DNA of 64,000 nucleotides from NCBI GenBank assembly GCA_963773925.1, contig CAVZDC010000001.1:88823-152822 (forward strand). The letters are read 5' to 3'. The notes beneath the pieces are model-generated. The model did not search any database. It saw nothing but the letters and a program-made list of their open reading frames with translations, and had not been told where the DNA came from. Shown in pieces: positions 33,163 to 43,340 of this stretch (position 1 is the first letter of the stretch; the number at the start of each line of letters is the position of its first letter). Origin of the DNA: Pirellulales bacterium (GTDB lineage Bacteria; Planctomycetota; Planctomycetia; Pirellulales; JADZDJ01). Both the position numbers and the translations under genes were made by a program.

Positions 33163-35368
33163 TGTTCGTCAACGACCGCGGCAACTCGATTGCATCGAGT
33201 ATCAGCCCCAATAACTGCTGCGAGGCCGCGTCTTCGGTGGCGCTCTCGTTGTAGCGATCGTATTGATGCTGAATCTCACGGGTCGTCAATTGAATGCCAT
33301 GTTTCCGCACGCTCTGGCTAAACGCAGCAGCCGCGGCTTGGCGCATTTCGATCGGCGCGCTCGTCCGATCGGCCATTTCCACCAGCGCTCGCTGCGCTGT
33401 GTGCGTGCCGATCAACCCCAACAATTCCGCGGCAGCCGCACTCAACTTCGGCACATTCAGGGCCCGAGCGATCTCCGCCTCGTCCGTTTGAATTTCAAAT
33501 TCGCGGGCCGAGGTTTCATTCAGCTTCTTCAGCCACGTCAACGACTTGGCCGCCTGCTCTTCACGCTCCGCTATCGGCACTACAAAACTGCCCGCTTCCT
33601 GGTTCAATCGCTCAACAAAGAACTTCATCCCCTCCACCGTCACCGGCCGCGAGAACACCTTGGTCCACGGATCGTACAGAGTCAACGTCTCGAGGTGGTC
33701 CAGTTCCGGCTCGCCATCTTCACCCAACAGAATCACCGGTAGCCGCGCACTGCGCGGATCGTGCCGCATTTCCTGCAGCACCACCCACACCGGCGGCCGA
33801 TCGATCCGGCTACTCAACAGCGCTAACTCGTAATCGCTGGACGCCAATGCCTTCAAAAACGCATTGCGCCCATTGGTGGCAATGTCCGCGTCGTAGCCCA
33901 TCGTGGCCAGCATCGCGCCCAATTGCGTCGCCACCGCCTCGTTGGGAAACGCCACCAGCGCCCGCCGCGTATTCGAAGTTCCGGCAATCCAGGCCAAAAC
34001 ATTCACCAAATCGCTCGATCCATTGAAGCCCGCTTTCGGATCGAGCTTCATAATCGCCTCCGCCGCCGCAAACCTTAGCCGCCGATCGCGCTGCTCCAGC
34101 GCCAACACCAATGGCCGGGGATTGGCGCCTTTGGCATCCAATAGCGTCCGATCGCCGATCGCCCCCAACAGTTGCGCCGCCCCAATTGCCGCCGGCACGG
34201 TTCCGCTCGACATCGCCGACTGTAGCGCGTCTTCCACCGCCGGCGCACCCATCTTTGCCGCCCGCTGCATGCTGCCTGCCGCCTGCTGCCCACTTCCTGC
34301 CGCCTCCAATACGCTCATCAAAAACAACCGCTGCGCGCGTGGATCTTCCGGCGCAACTTCGTTCAAATCGTCGGCCAGCCGTGCCGCCAGCGCCACGTCG
34401 GCCTGATCCGGCGACATCTTCTCACGCACCGGTACGCCGGACGCGGCATCCCACCGCCACACGCTGATCTTCCCCTCCGCATCGGGTTTCAATAATTGCT
34501 GATGCTTCAGGTATTTTTCGATTTCCACCATCAGCAGTTTGGCAGCCGACTCCACGGTGGGCCGCGTAATGTTCTGAATTTCAAGTAGTGCCGAGCGTGC
34601 CGCCTCGCGCACCTCCGGCGGGCTGCTGGCCGCCGTGGCCGGCGCCACCAAATACGGCACCGCCTCGCGCAAACCAATCTGCGAAAGCACGTCGATAATC
34701 TGCAACTTCAGGGCTGTATTGTTGCTCTGCAAAGCCGCCGCCAGCGGCGCAATCGCCGCCGGACCAATGTGCGCCAGCGTCTCTTTCACGATCGGCTGCA
34801 CCGCCGCGCGCTTCTCATCCGCCAGCGCCAACACCAGGCTGGGCACGGCATCCTCGTGCGCCGCCAGAATTGTGCCGATCGCATGCTGCCGCGCTGCCGG
34901 CGAGGGATCGCTCAACTTATCGATGGCCGCCGCCAACACTTTTGGATCGCGCGCTTGCCTGGCTGCTGCGCCCAGCACCGCATCGGCCACCTGCGCCCCT
35001 TCCGGTTGCAGCGCCTTGTTGGTCGCCATCCGCAACAATGCGTCGGAATCAACGTGCACGGCCAGCTCTGCCAGCGCATCGTCGTTCAGCTTGGCCGCGA
35101 GCACCTTCTGCAGATATTGCTTCGCCAGATCAGCACGATCCAAGTCGGCCAGAATCGAGGCCGCCCGCAACAACTCCCGCGGCGTTTGCGGATTCGATTC
35201 CATAATCGTATCCACCGCCGGATCGTGCTTCACAATCACCGGCATGCCCGCATCCTGGTCCGTGGGTCTCGGAGGAGGCGCCGCCGGCGCTCCGTCCTGC
35301 GCCTGCACCGCCGCCGCAAATAAAACCAGAATCAACGCGCCGATGCCGAATCGAAGATGCCTGCTCAT
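33128..35368 (-). CDS. HEAT/armadillo-like repeat protein with signal peptide and a C-terminal receiver-like (pseudo-receiver) domain
   Basis: [25 protein letters not shown], then long alpha-helical repeats (..PAARQHAIGTILAAHEDAVPSLVLALADE..). The REC-like segment is RRALVAFPNEAVATQLGAMLATMGYDADIATNG...YELALLSSRID...LPVILLG, without the acidic pocket or acceptor Asp. Confidence 0.55.
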   Translation of the reverse strand: MSRHLRFGIGALILVLFAAAVQAQDGAPAAPPPRPTDQDAGMPVIVKHDPAVDTIMESNPQTPRELLRAASILADLDRADLAKQYLQKVLAAKLNDDALAELAVHVDSDALLRMATNKALQPEGAQVADAVLGAAARQARDPKVLAAAIDKLSDPSPAARQHAIGTILAAHEDAVPSLVLALADEKRAAVQPIVKETLAHIGPAAIAPLAAALQSNNTALKLQIIDVLSQIGLREAVPYLVAPATAASSPPEVREAARSALLEIQNITRPTVESAAKLLMVEIEKYLKHQQLLKPDAEGKISVWRWDAASGVPVREKMSPDQADVALAARLADDLNEVAPEDPRAQRLFLMSVLEAAGSGQQAAGSMQRAAKMGAPAVEDALQSAMSSGTVPAAIGAAQLLGAIGDRTLLDAKGANPRPLVLALEQRDRRLRFAAAEAIMKLDPKAGFNGSSDLVNVLAWIAGTSNTRRALVAFPNEAVATQLGAMLATMGYDADIATNGRNAFLKALASSDYELALLSSRIDRPPVWVVLQEMRHDPRSARLPVILLGEDGEPELDHLETLTLYDPWTKVFSRPVTVEGMKFFVERLNQEAGSFVVPIAEREEQAAKSLTWLKKLNETSAREFEIQTDEAEIARALNVPKLSAAAAELLGLIGTHTAQRALVEMADRTSAPIEMRQAAAAAFSQSVRKHGIQLTTREIQHQYDRYNESATEDAASQQLLGLILDAIELPRSLTNMSRPSSLVPRP

Positions 35369-36814
35369 GTTTTCCTCGTCTTCTGCCGTTTGCCTTCTGC
35401 CTTCTGTTCTGCCTGTCCCGGCGCGCCAGGACTGCCTGCCGCCTGCAGCTTCTTCTGCCAGGCTGCCACCTGCCGCGCTACCTCCTTCGGCCCTGTTGAA
35501 CCGTAGCTGACAAACCGCGCCACGGCATTTTCCACGCCCAGCGCACTTTTCAACCGGCCGTCCAAAATCTCGCTCGGCAAATCCGCCAGCCGCACCCCGC
35601 GATCCATCGCCGCTTTCACCAATTTCCCGACCATTTCGTGCGCCGTCCGCTGCGGCGTGCCGCCGCGAATTAATTCCTCCATCAGCGTGGTCGCATCGAG
35701 ATACCCGCGATCCAATTTCTCAGCAATCGCCGCTTTGTTCAGCTCTGCGCCCGTCACCAGTGGCGCCGCAATTTTCAGACACGCCAAAACGGTATCGACC
35801 GAATCAAAAATGCGCTGCTTGTCCTCCTGCAAATCGCGGTTGTACGCCAAGGGCAAGCCCTTCACCAAAACCAACAGCGCCTGCAAATTGCCGATCACCC
35901 GCGCCGTCTTCCCCCGCACCAATTCCAGCACGTCCGGATTGATCTTCTGCGGCATGATCGAACTGCCGGTGCAAAATGCCTGCGGCAACTTCAAAAAACC
36001 AAACTCCGCCGTGCTCCACAAAATCCATTCCTCGGCCCACGTGCTCAAATGCTCCGCCACCAGCGCCAGCGCAAACGCCAGCTCGATCACAAAATCGCGA
36101 TCGCTCGAAGTGTCGAGGCTATTGGCCGTCACCTGCGGCTCGCCGCGCTCATTCACAAACCCCAATCGCCGCGCAACATCGTGCGCGATCGATCGGCAAA
36201 CTCGTCCCCGCCAGCGCTGCCGCTCCCAGCGGCAACACATTCAATCGCCGCCGACAATCGGCCAATCGCTCCCGATCGCGCTCGAACTTCTCGCAGTAAG
36301 CCAACCAATAGTGCGCCGCCAACACCGGCTGCGCGCGCTGCATGTGCGTGTAGCCCGGCAGAATCACCTCCCGATCGCTCTGGCATCGCTCCACAAACGC
36401 CCGCTGCACGCCCGCCAGCGCCGCATCAACTCGATCGATCACCTCCCGGCACCACAACCGCAAATCGGTCGACACCTGATCGTTCCGGCTGCGGGCCGTG
36501 TGCAGCTTGCGCCCCACGTCGCCGATGCGCTCGATCAGCGCCCGCTCAATGTGCAGATGGATGTCCTCGAGCTCTGTTTTGAACTCGAATTCGCCTTGCT
36601 CAATCTCTTGGCGAATGGCCGCCAAACCTTGCTCAATCTGTCGGCATTCCTCGGCCGTGATAAGCCCCGCGGTGACCAACATTTGGGCATGCGCAATCGA
36701 TGCAGTTACATCATGCGCATACAATCGCCGGTCGAAGCTGATGCTTTCGGTGAACTGTTCCACCCGGCGATCCGTCGCTTCGCTGAAAACTCCCGACCAG
36801 GCTTTTTGATTCAC
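35365..36814 (-). CDS. argH: argininosuccinate lyase (one apparent frameshift)
   Basis: Pieces 36149..36835 ([34 protein letters not shown]) and 35365..36240 ([16 protein letters not shown]). The break is near 36190. A GTG at 36814 follows GGAG. The stop overlaps the next ATG (ATGA). The last roughly 15 codons read through a repeat tract. Confidence 0.9.
35380..35414. repeat. TTCTGC-family heptamer tract inside the argH 3' end / upstream of the HEAT gene
   Basis: CTTCTGC CGTTTGC CTTCTGC CTTCTGT TCTGCCT (plus strand). Confidence 0.75.
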
Positions 36815-37115
36815 ACCCACTCCTGCCAGGCGCACTAGCGCTGGTGCACCGAAAAGAAGACAACACTTTTAGCCTAAACGGCTTACGACAAATCGTCAAC
36901 GACGCTTCGCGCGGCCCGCGTGCCCCTAGTGTCATTTCATCAGGAATTCGTCATCACGAAATCCAGCGATCCGCGCGGCCGCTACGATGGTTCAATGATT
37001 CAGACCGACGCCATCGCCGGCCGTTCACTTGCCGACGCCAAGTATTTAGATACTGTGTTAAAATTCGATAGGCCAAGGTTTTAGGCGCCTCGCCGCTGAA
37101 ACAGGAACAGACGCA

Positions 37116-37473
37116 GTGGACCATAACGATTTGTATTTCATTGAGGCCTCCCAGCGCGACCCTCTCCTGGCCTTGCTCGGTCGATGGCTGTGGTTTGTCA
37201 TCGGGCCGATTGTACTGATTGTGCTCACCGCGATGATTATCATCACCGGCACGGGCTGGCTCACAGGATACGACCTGGCTTTCTATGTCACAGTTGGCGC
37301 TGATGGTCCTGGGCCGCTGGATCGAAGTCCGTTCCGGCTACGGCCGCACCGCCAATTGCAATCACGCCACGCCGCAGCACTTCCGCCGATATCTCGTCCG
37401 TTTGGTCCCCTGGGCGATATTGGTCTGGACCACCGCGAATTATCTCGGCAATTATCTGCTGCATTCGCTCTAA
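37116..37473 (+). CDS. small membrane protein (hypothetical; one apparent frameshift)
   Basis: GTG start; LLGRWLWFVIGPIVLIVLTAMIIITGTGWL. It continues in track ORF 37285..37473 (..LVPWAILVWTTANYLGNYLL*). The break is near 37290. Confidence 0.4.
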
Positions 37474-37568
37474 TGCCCTTTGCGGTATGATTCACTAGCG
37501 TTGACGGCGCTTCCATGGCGCCCGATCGCAACCTGTCTCCGTCATCCATGTCGCAGGAGATCCGTTCG

Positions 37569-38162
37569 ATGAAAGGCTTGCTCGTCGTCGTCCTCGTCAT
37601 TGTCTTCCTGATCGTCGTGCTCGCCGGTGGTTGGATTTCGGTCTACGGCAAATTGAATTCCGGCAATCAAGCCGTGCAAAGCGCCTGGGCCAATGTCGAT
37701 TCCACGCTGCAGCGCAGAAGCGACCTGATTCCCAACCTCGTGGCTACGGTCAAAGGCTATGCCACGCACGAAGAAAAAGTGTTCGACGAAGTGGCCGAAG
37801 CCCGCTCAAAAATGGGCCAGATCAAAATCGAAGCCGCCCCCAACAGCCCCGCCGCCATGCAAGAGCTGCAGCAAGCCCAAGGCGCCATGGCCGGTGCACT
37901 GTCGCATTTAATCGCCGTCGCCGAGCGCTACCCCGATCTCAAAGCCAACCAGAACTTTCTCGATCTACAATCGCAGCTGGAAGGCACCGAAAACCGCATC
38001 AACGTCGCCCGCGAGCGCTACAACGAACAAGTGCAGTCCTACAACACCCTGGTCAACGGCTTCTTCGCCCGCTTCGTCGCCGCCGGCAGCGGCTTCCACC
38101 AGGCCGAGTATTTCAAAAAGACCGCCGAGGCAGAAAAAGTCCCGCAGGTGAAGTTCGATTGA
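37569..38162 (+). CDS. lemA: LemA-family protein
   Basis: N-terminal TM, then W.NVDSTLQRRSDLIPNLV.TVKGYA.HE...F..V.EAR...AERYP.LKAN.NF..LQ..L..TEN.I...R..YN. Confidence 0.9.
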   Translation: MKGLLVVVLVIVFLIVVLAGGWISVYGKLNSGNQAVQSAWANVDSTLQRRSDLIPNLVATVKGYATHEEKVFDEVAEARSKMGQIKIEAAPNSPAAMQELQQAQGAMAGALSHLIAVAERYPDLKANQNFLDLQSQLEGTENRINVARERYNEQVQSYNTLVNGFFARFVAAGSGFHQAEYFKKTAEAEKVPQVKFD

Positions 38163-38176
38163 GGCAGGTAAGTCCC

Positions 38177-38957
38177 ATGCGCCGACTTGTGGTCTTCCTA
38201 CTGGGTGTGCTGCTTCCGGCATTCGCGCTGTGCGCCGGGGAACGCTCTAGCCGCCGCGCCGCCTGTCCCAAAGTTGCCCGACTATGTCAACGATTATGCT
38301 CACGTCCTCTCGCCGAAGCAGAAGAGCCAATTGGAGGATTTCCTCAAAGATTTGGACGAGAAAACAAGCAACCAGGTAGTCATCCTCACCGTTCCTTCTC
38401 TACAAGGCGATACGATTGAGAATTTTGCGATTCGCACAGCACAAGCGCGCAAGATCGGTCAAAAAGGTAAAGATAACGGCGTGCTCATCCTTGCCGCCAT
38501 CAACGATCGCAAGATCCGCATCGAGGTCGGCCGCGGCTTGGAAGGCGTGCTCACCGATGCACGGTCCTCGGAAATCATCCGCAACGAAATGGCGCCCCGC
38601 TTCAAAGCCGGCAACTACGCCGATGGCTTTTGGGCCGCGCTGGTCGTCATCCAACGAGCGGTTAAAGGCGAATTCAAAGCCGATCAAAAAACCCACCACT
38701 TTCAAAATGTTGATGTTTCGAGCTTGCTGATGTGGATGGTCATCGGCATCATCATCCTCGTACTCTACGTCCGCGCCACGCGTTATCGCAACCATTCAAT
38801 TGGACCCTATTGGTATCGCGGAGGCGGCGGATACGGTGGCTACTCCGGTGGATATTCCGGCGGAGGTTTTTCCGGCGGTGGCTTTTCGGGCGGAGGTGGT
38901 GGATTCTCCGGCGGCGGCGGCAGCTTCGGCGGCGGCGGCGCCAGCGGCGGCTGGTAG
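38177..38957 (+). CDS. TPM-domain (YgcG-like) protein with Gly-rich tail (one apparent frameshift)
   Basis: Signal MRRLVVFLLGVLLPAFALCAG (frame 2), then PKLPDYVNDYAHVLSP.Q...L...L..L...T..QVVILTV.SL (track ORF 38187..38957). The tail is GGGYGGYSGGYSGGGFSGGGFSGG.. The break is near 38240. Confidence 0.8.
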
Positions 38958-38964
38958 ACGCCGA

Positions 38965-39086
38965 GAACGATGAGCAATGAGCAAAGAGCAATGAACTATA
39001 AGGCATCCGCTGCCTGTTCATTGTTCAATGTTCATAGTTCATAGCTCGTAGCCACTCACTTACTCACCCGTTCTCCCCTACAATCA
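38965..39086 (+). repeat. 122-nt spacer made of 7-8 nt units with partly complementary arms
   Basis: GAGCAAT GAGCAAA GAGCAAT GAACTAT ... CTGTTCA TTGTTCA ATGTTCA TAGTTCA TAGCTCG TAGCCAC TCACTTA CTCACCC GTTCTCC CCTACAA tca-ATG. CAATGAAC and GTTCATTG can pair. Confidence 0.75.
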
Positions 39087-41331
39087 ATGGTGCCGCTTTC
39101 ACTGAGCGATACCATGTCCGCGCCCACATTCAATCCGCTGCCAATCATCGAACCACCGCGCCCCGATCCCTACGGCCGCGACCTGGGCCCCTACATCGAC
39201 AACGTTGGTTCACTCGCCTCCCGCCGCAACCCAGACACCAGACACCAGACACCAGACACACCTTCTCCCCTCCCCATGTCCCGCGCCGAAATGAACGCCC
39301 GCGGCTGGGACGCCCCCGATATCGTCTTCGTCACCGGCGACGCCTACGTCGATCACCCCAGTTTCGCCATGGCGCTGCTGGGCCGCCTCCTGGAAGACGA
39401 AGGCTTCCGCGTCGCCATCCTCAGCCAGCCCGATTGGCATTCCTGCGACGCGTGGCGCACCTTCGGCAAGCCGCGGCTGTTCTTCGCCGTCAGCGCCGGC
39501 AACATGGATTCGATGATCAACCACTACACCGCCAACCGCAAAGTGCGCAACGACGATGCCTACAGTCCCGGTGGCGCCATCGGCCGCCGCCCCGACCGCT
39601 GCACGCTGGCCTACTGCCAGCGCGCCCGCGAGGCGTACAAGGGCGTCCCCATCATCGCCGGCGGCGTCGAAGCCAGCCTCCGCCGCATCGCCCACTACGA
39701 CTATTGGTCCGACAAAGTCCGCCGCAGCATCCTCATCGACGCCAAGTGCGACCTGTTGGTCTACGGCATGGGCGAGCGCCCGATCATCGAAATCGCCCAT
39801 CGCCTCGCCGCCGGCGCAACAGTCCGCGACCTCCGCAACCTCCGCGGCGTCGCCTACCGCCTCGGCGCCAAAGAAACCGCCGCGTTGGCGTTCGCGCCCA
39901 CGCCGACCGTCTCACCAATCGCTCCCCCCACCATCGAACTCCCTGCTTACGAAAAAATCTCCGCCGACGATGCCGCCTCCAAGCACACCTTCTGCGCCAT
40001 GACCAAAATCTCCCACCAGGAAACCAACCCCTACAACGCCAAGCGCCTGCTGCAACGCCACGGCACCGAAGCCATCGTCGTCAACCCCGGCGCACTGCCG
40101 CTCACGCAAGCCGAAATGGATCGCGTTTACGGCCTGCCGTTCACGCGCCGGCCGCACCCCAGCTACGGCCGAGAAAAAATCCCCGCCTACGAAGTCGTCA
40201 AGCACTCCGTGCAAATCATGCGCGGCTGCTTCGGCGGCTGCACCTTCTGCAGCATCACCGCTCATGAAGGCCGCATCATCCAAAGCCGCAGCCAGGAATC
40301 GGTGCTGGCAGAAATCGAACGCATGCGCCAAACCCAGCCCGATTTCACCGGCGTCGTCAGCGATATCGGCGGCCCCACCGCCAACATGTACCAAATGCGT
40401 TGCTCCCGCCCCGAGGTCGAAGCCGTCTGCCGCCGCCTCAGTTGCGTCCATCCCACCATCTGCAAACTGCTGGGCACCGACCACGGCCCACTGATCGACT
40501 TGATGAAAAAGTCTCGCGAGCTCCCCGGCGTGCGCAAAGTGCTAGTCGCCTCCGGCATCCGCATGGACCTGGCCCGCCGCGACCCGGTCTACATGCGCGA
40601 GCTCGCCCAGCACCACGTCGGCGGCCATCTGAAAGTCGCCCCCGAACACACCGACCCCGGCGTGCTCGAAAAGATGAAAAAACCCAGCAACGACGATTTC
40701 GAAAAGTTCTCCGACTCCTTCCGCCGCCAATCGAAAGCCGCCGGCAAAAAGCAGTACCTCATCCCGTACTACATCGCCAGCCATCCCGGCAGCGACCTCG
40801 AACGCCATGATCGACCTGGCCCTGTTCCTCAAGCGCAACCACTACCGCCCCGACCAGGTCCAAGATTTCATCCCCAGCCCCTTCGACATCGCCGCCTGCA
40901 TGTACCACACGGGCTACGACCCGTTCACCATGAAGCCCGTCTACATCGCCAAACACCTCCGCGACCGCCGCCTGCAGCGCGCCCTGCTGCAATTCTTCAA
41001 ACCCGAAAACTATTTCGAAGTGCGCAAGGCTCTGGAACAAGCCGGCCGCCAAGATTTGATCGGCAGCGGCTGCGACTGCCTGATCCCCGACCGCCCGCCA
41101 AAAGAAGCTCTTTCGCGCCGCCGCCGCAAAGCCAACGAATCCCTAAACGAAACCTCCGGCGACCACATCCGCAGCGCCGACGGCCCCTTAGCCCCGGGCT
41201 CCGCCCGGGGGTCGCACACCAAACGGCATCCCACCACCAAAAAACCCCGCCAGCCCCCCGTTACACCGGGGGATTCCGCCGCGCGCGTCCCCGGCTACCG
41301 CCCCGGCCGCAAATCCGACCGCCGCCGCTAA
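39087..41331 (+). CDS. ygiQ: YgiQ-family radical SAM protein (one apparent frameshift; start uncertain)
   Basis: [53 protein letters not shown] and, after a break near 40800, [25 protein letters not shown] (track ORF 40807..41331). An alternative start is at 39276 (MSRAEM), downstream of the CCAGACA repeat. Confidence 0.85.
39231..39258 (+). repeat. perfect 4x CCAGACA tandem repeat
   Basis: CCAGACA x4. It is either 5' leader or an in-frame ..[12 protein letters not shown].. segment of ygiQ, depending on the start. Confidence 0.85.
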
Positions 41332-41434
41332 TCCAGTCTTTTTCCCAGGGTATGGGTGGCAGAAAGTCGTTTCGGCCATATACTACCCATTCCCCCCTTC
41401 GGTAACTTTCACTCCGTTTGCCGATCTTGTCAAA

Positions 41435-41910
41435 ATGGCAAAGCATGCCGCGAAACCCACCGACGATGAACTAAGCGAGGCGGCAATTCCCGATACCGGC
41501 TCGTCGAGACCAACTCCACGACGGAAAAAGGGTTCTACAAAGAAGGTCCCGTGGAACTTTCCGAAAAACACTCTCGAAGATGCAATTAGCGTTTTGAAAG
41601 CGATCGAAGACAAAAACGCCGGCCATCCAATGCGTGCTAACATGCTCGCCAGGTCTCCGCGGTGAAAACAGTGTCAACGCCCAGCTTCGCGCTTCCCGCT
41701 AGATGGGTGCAGGTGCTCATAAAGCCGCGACCGTTGGTCGCGGTCTGCGTGACACAATCAAGAGCCTCCGGAATCTCTTGCGCCCCCATGACGAAAGGTC
41801 CCGCTCGCAAGGGCGAGCCAATGCCGCGTCGGAATCGGACAAATACGACGCGGCGCCTTGCCGCCGGTGCCCAGCGAAGTTTGTCCACCTTGGAGAAAGC
41901 TAAGGGATCA
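41435..41910 (+). pseudogene. degraded ORF of unknown family
   Basis: The 76-aa ORF (..KKVPWNFPKNTLEDAISVLKAIEDKNAGHPMRANMLA) ends abruptly. Plausible continuations are scattered over all three frames up to about 41910. Confidence 0.25.
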
Positions 41911-41955
41911 TCAGTGTTCTAAGTTCACCAAGCCGCCAACCGCTGCCTCGTGACT

Positions 41956-41978
41956 CCTGAACCCTGAACCCCGAACCC
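41956..41978 (+). repeat. CCTGAAC-family tract
   Basis: CCTGAAC CCTGAAC CCCGAAC cc. The first 15 nt are identical to 16017-16031. Confidence 0.75.
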
Positions 41979-42162
41979 TTCCTCCGCCACCCGGCCCGAC
42001 CAAGCGCAACCCTCCCGCGTTCACCCCATGCATGGGTCCGCCGCGAGAGCCAGCGCCCGGGGTCGTGAGGTCGATCGGCAGCAAACAAGCTTCAATCGGC
42101 TGGTTAGGCATTCCAGCCCACCGATCGATCGCCAAAAACCTGATGGTGCGCTCCCTCCTCCC

Positions 42163-42185
42163 CTCTCTCCCCTTGCGGGAGAGGG
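42163..42185. repeat. GC-rich REP-like hairpin
   Basis: CTCTCTCCC-cttgc-GGGAGAGGG followed by CGGTGGCGAGGGGG. This is the kind of element that yields spurious ..SPLAGEGGGEG.. ORFs. Confidence 0.4.
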
Positions 42186-42292
42186 CGGTGGCGAGGGGGC
42201 AACCGCACCTGCACGACCCCTCGGGGCCGACCGCACACCAAATCGCGCGCACCGCGTGAACTGTCTTCCTTCGCGCGCCCACCCCGTCTCCT

Positions 42293-42334
42293 CTTCTGCT
42301 TTCTGCCTTCTCTGCGTCTCCGCGTCTCGGCGGT
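42293..42334. repeat. TTCTGC-family tract downstream of the CMD-family gene stop
   Basis: CTTCTGC TTTCTGC CTTCTCT GCGTCTC CGCGTCT CGGCGGT. GCGTCTCGGCGGTT recurs at 14484-14497. Confidence 0.75.
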
Positions 42335-42337
42335 TAG

Positions 42338-42814
42338 TTAGGTTGCCGCCGCTGCGTGATGCTGCAGCGGCTGGTACTCGCCGATCGGCGCGCGCAGGCT
42401 AATCGCAATGCGGTTCCAGGCGTTGATGGTCGTAATCGCCAGCGTCAGATCCACAATCTCCTTCTCGTCAAACTGCTCGCGCAGTTGCTCAAACACTTCG
42501 TCCGGCGCATGCGTGTCGGCAATCAGCGTCAGGGCTTCGGTCCAAGCCAGCGCCGCCCGTTCGCGGTCGGTGTAAAACGGCGCTTCGCGCCAGTCCGGCA
42601 GCACGTACAGCCGCTGCTCCGTCTCGCCCAGCGCGCGGGCATCCTTGCTGTGCATGTCGAGGCAGTAGCCGCAGCCGTTGATTTGCGAAGCCCGCATCTT
42701 GACCAACAAAATCAGCGATTCTTCCAAACCGCTCGTGTGCAAATACTTTTCCAAACCGAGCATCGCCTTCATTGCCTCGGGCGGGGCTTTCTTCAAATCG
42801 ATTCGGGGTTCCAT
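42338..42814 (-). CDS. carboxymuconolactone decarboxylase-family (AhpD-like) protein
   Basis: LVKMRASQINGCGYCLDMHSKDA is the CxxC AhpD-like core, and DRERAALAWTEALT is also present. Confidence 0.85.
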   Translation of the reverse strand: MEPRIDLKKAPPEAMKAMLGLEKYLHTSGLEESLILLVKMRASQINGCGYCLDMHSKDARALGETEQRLYVLPDWREAPFYTDRERAALAWTEALTLIADTHAPDEVFEQLREQFDEKEIVDLTLAITTINAWNRIAISLRAPIGEYQPLQHHAAAAT

Positions 42815-42867
42815 GATTTCATCTCCTTTTCCGCGGGTTCCCAAATAATCCTATGCAATAGTCAAGC

Positions 42868-42917
42868 GTGCTGCCAGCCGCTAGCCGCGTGCCGCCTGCT
42901 CTTTTACACTTGGACAC
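42868..42917 (+). repeat. 7-nt tract abutting the yjbQ start
   Basis: GTGCTGC CAGCCGC TAGCCGC GTGCCGC CTGCTCT TTTACAC TTGGACA c-ATG. Confidence 0.65.
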
Positions 42918-43340
42918 ATGAAAACCTTTACCAAAGAACTGTGGATGGAAGTCCCCCAGCGCCGGGCGATCGTTTCGATCCACCGCGAAGTGGAAAAAGC
43001 CGTGGCCGATAGCGGCGTGAAGGAAGGCCTGGCGCTGGTCAATGCCATGCACATCACCGCGTCGGTATTCATCAACGACAATGAGAGCGGCCTGCACCAC
43101 GATTACGAACTGTGGCTGGAAAAGCTGGCGCCCTTCGACGCCTCGCCGAAAACCTATCACCACAATCGCACCGGCGAAGACAATGCCGACGCGCACTTGA
43201 AACGCCAGGTGATGGGCCGCGAAGTGGTGATCGCCATCACCAAAGGCCAACTGCACCTCGGCCCGTGGGAGCACATTTTCTACTACGAATTCGACGGCCG
43301 CCGCCGAAAACGCGTGCTCATCAAAATCCTCGGCGAATAG
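42918..43340 (+). CDS. yjbQ: YjbQ/UPF0047-family protein (secondary thiamine-phosphate synthase)
   Basis: [23 protein letters not shown]...WLE.LAP......[13 protein letters not shown]....G. Confidence 0.9.
   Translation: MKTFTKELWMEVPQRRAIVSIHREVEKAVADSGVKEGLALVNAMHITASVFINDNESGLHHDYELWLEKLAPFDASPKTYHHNRTGEDNADAHLKRQVMGREVVIAITKGQLHLGPWEHIFYYEFDGRRRKRVLIKILGE

Noticed and set aside
38965-39086. The short-period repeat arrays (here and at other loci) as possible CRISPR arrays.
   Set aside because: The period is 7-8 nt with no unique spacers of 25-40 nt, no 24-48 nt direct repeats and no cas genes.
41911-42402. ORFs 41911..42282(-), 42021..42236(-) and 42028..42402(+) as genes.
   Set aside because: They are composed of repeat-derived low-complexity sequence (..SPLAGEGGGEG.., Gly/Arg/Pro runs) and overlap each other. 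They carry no motifs.
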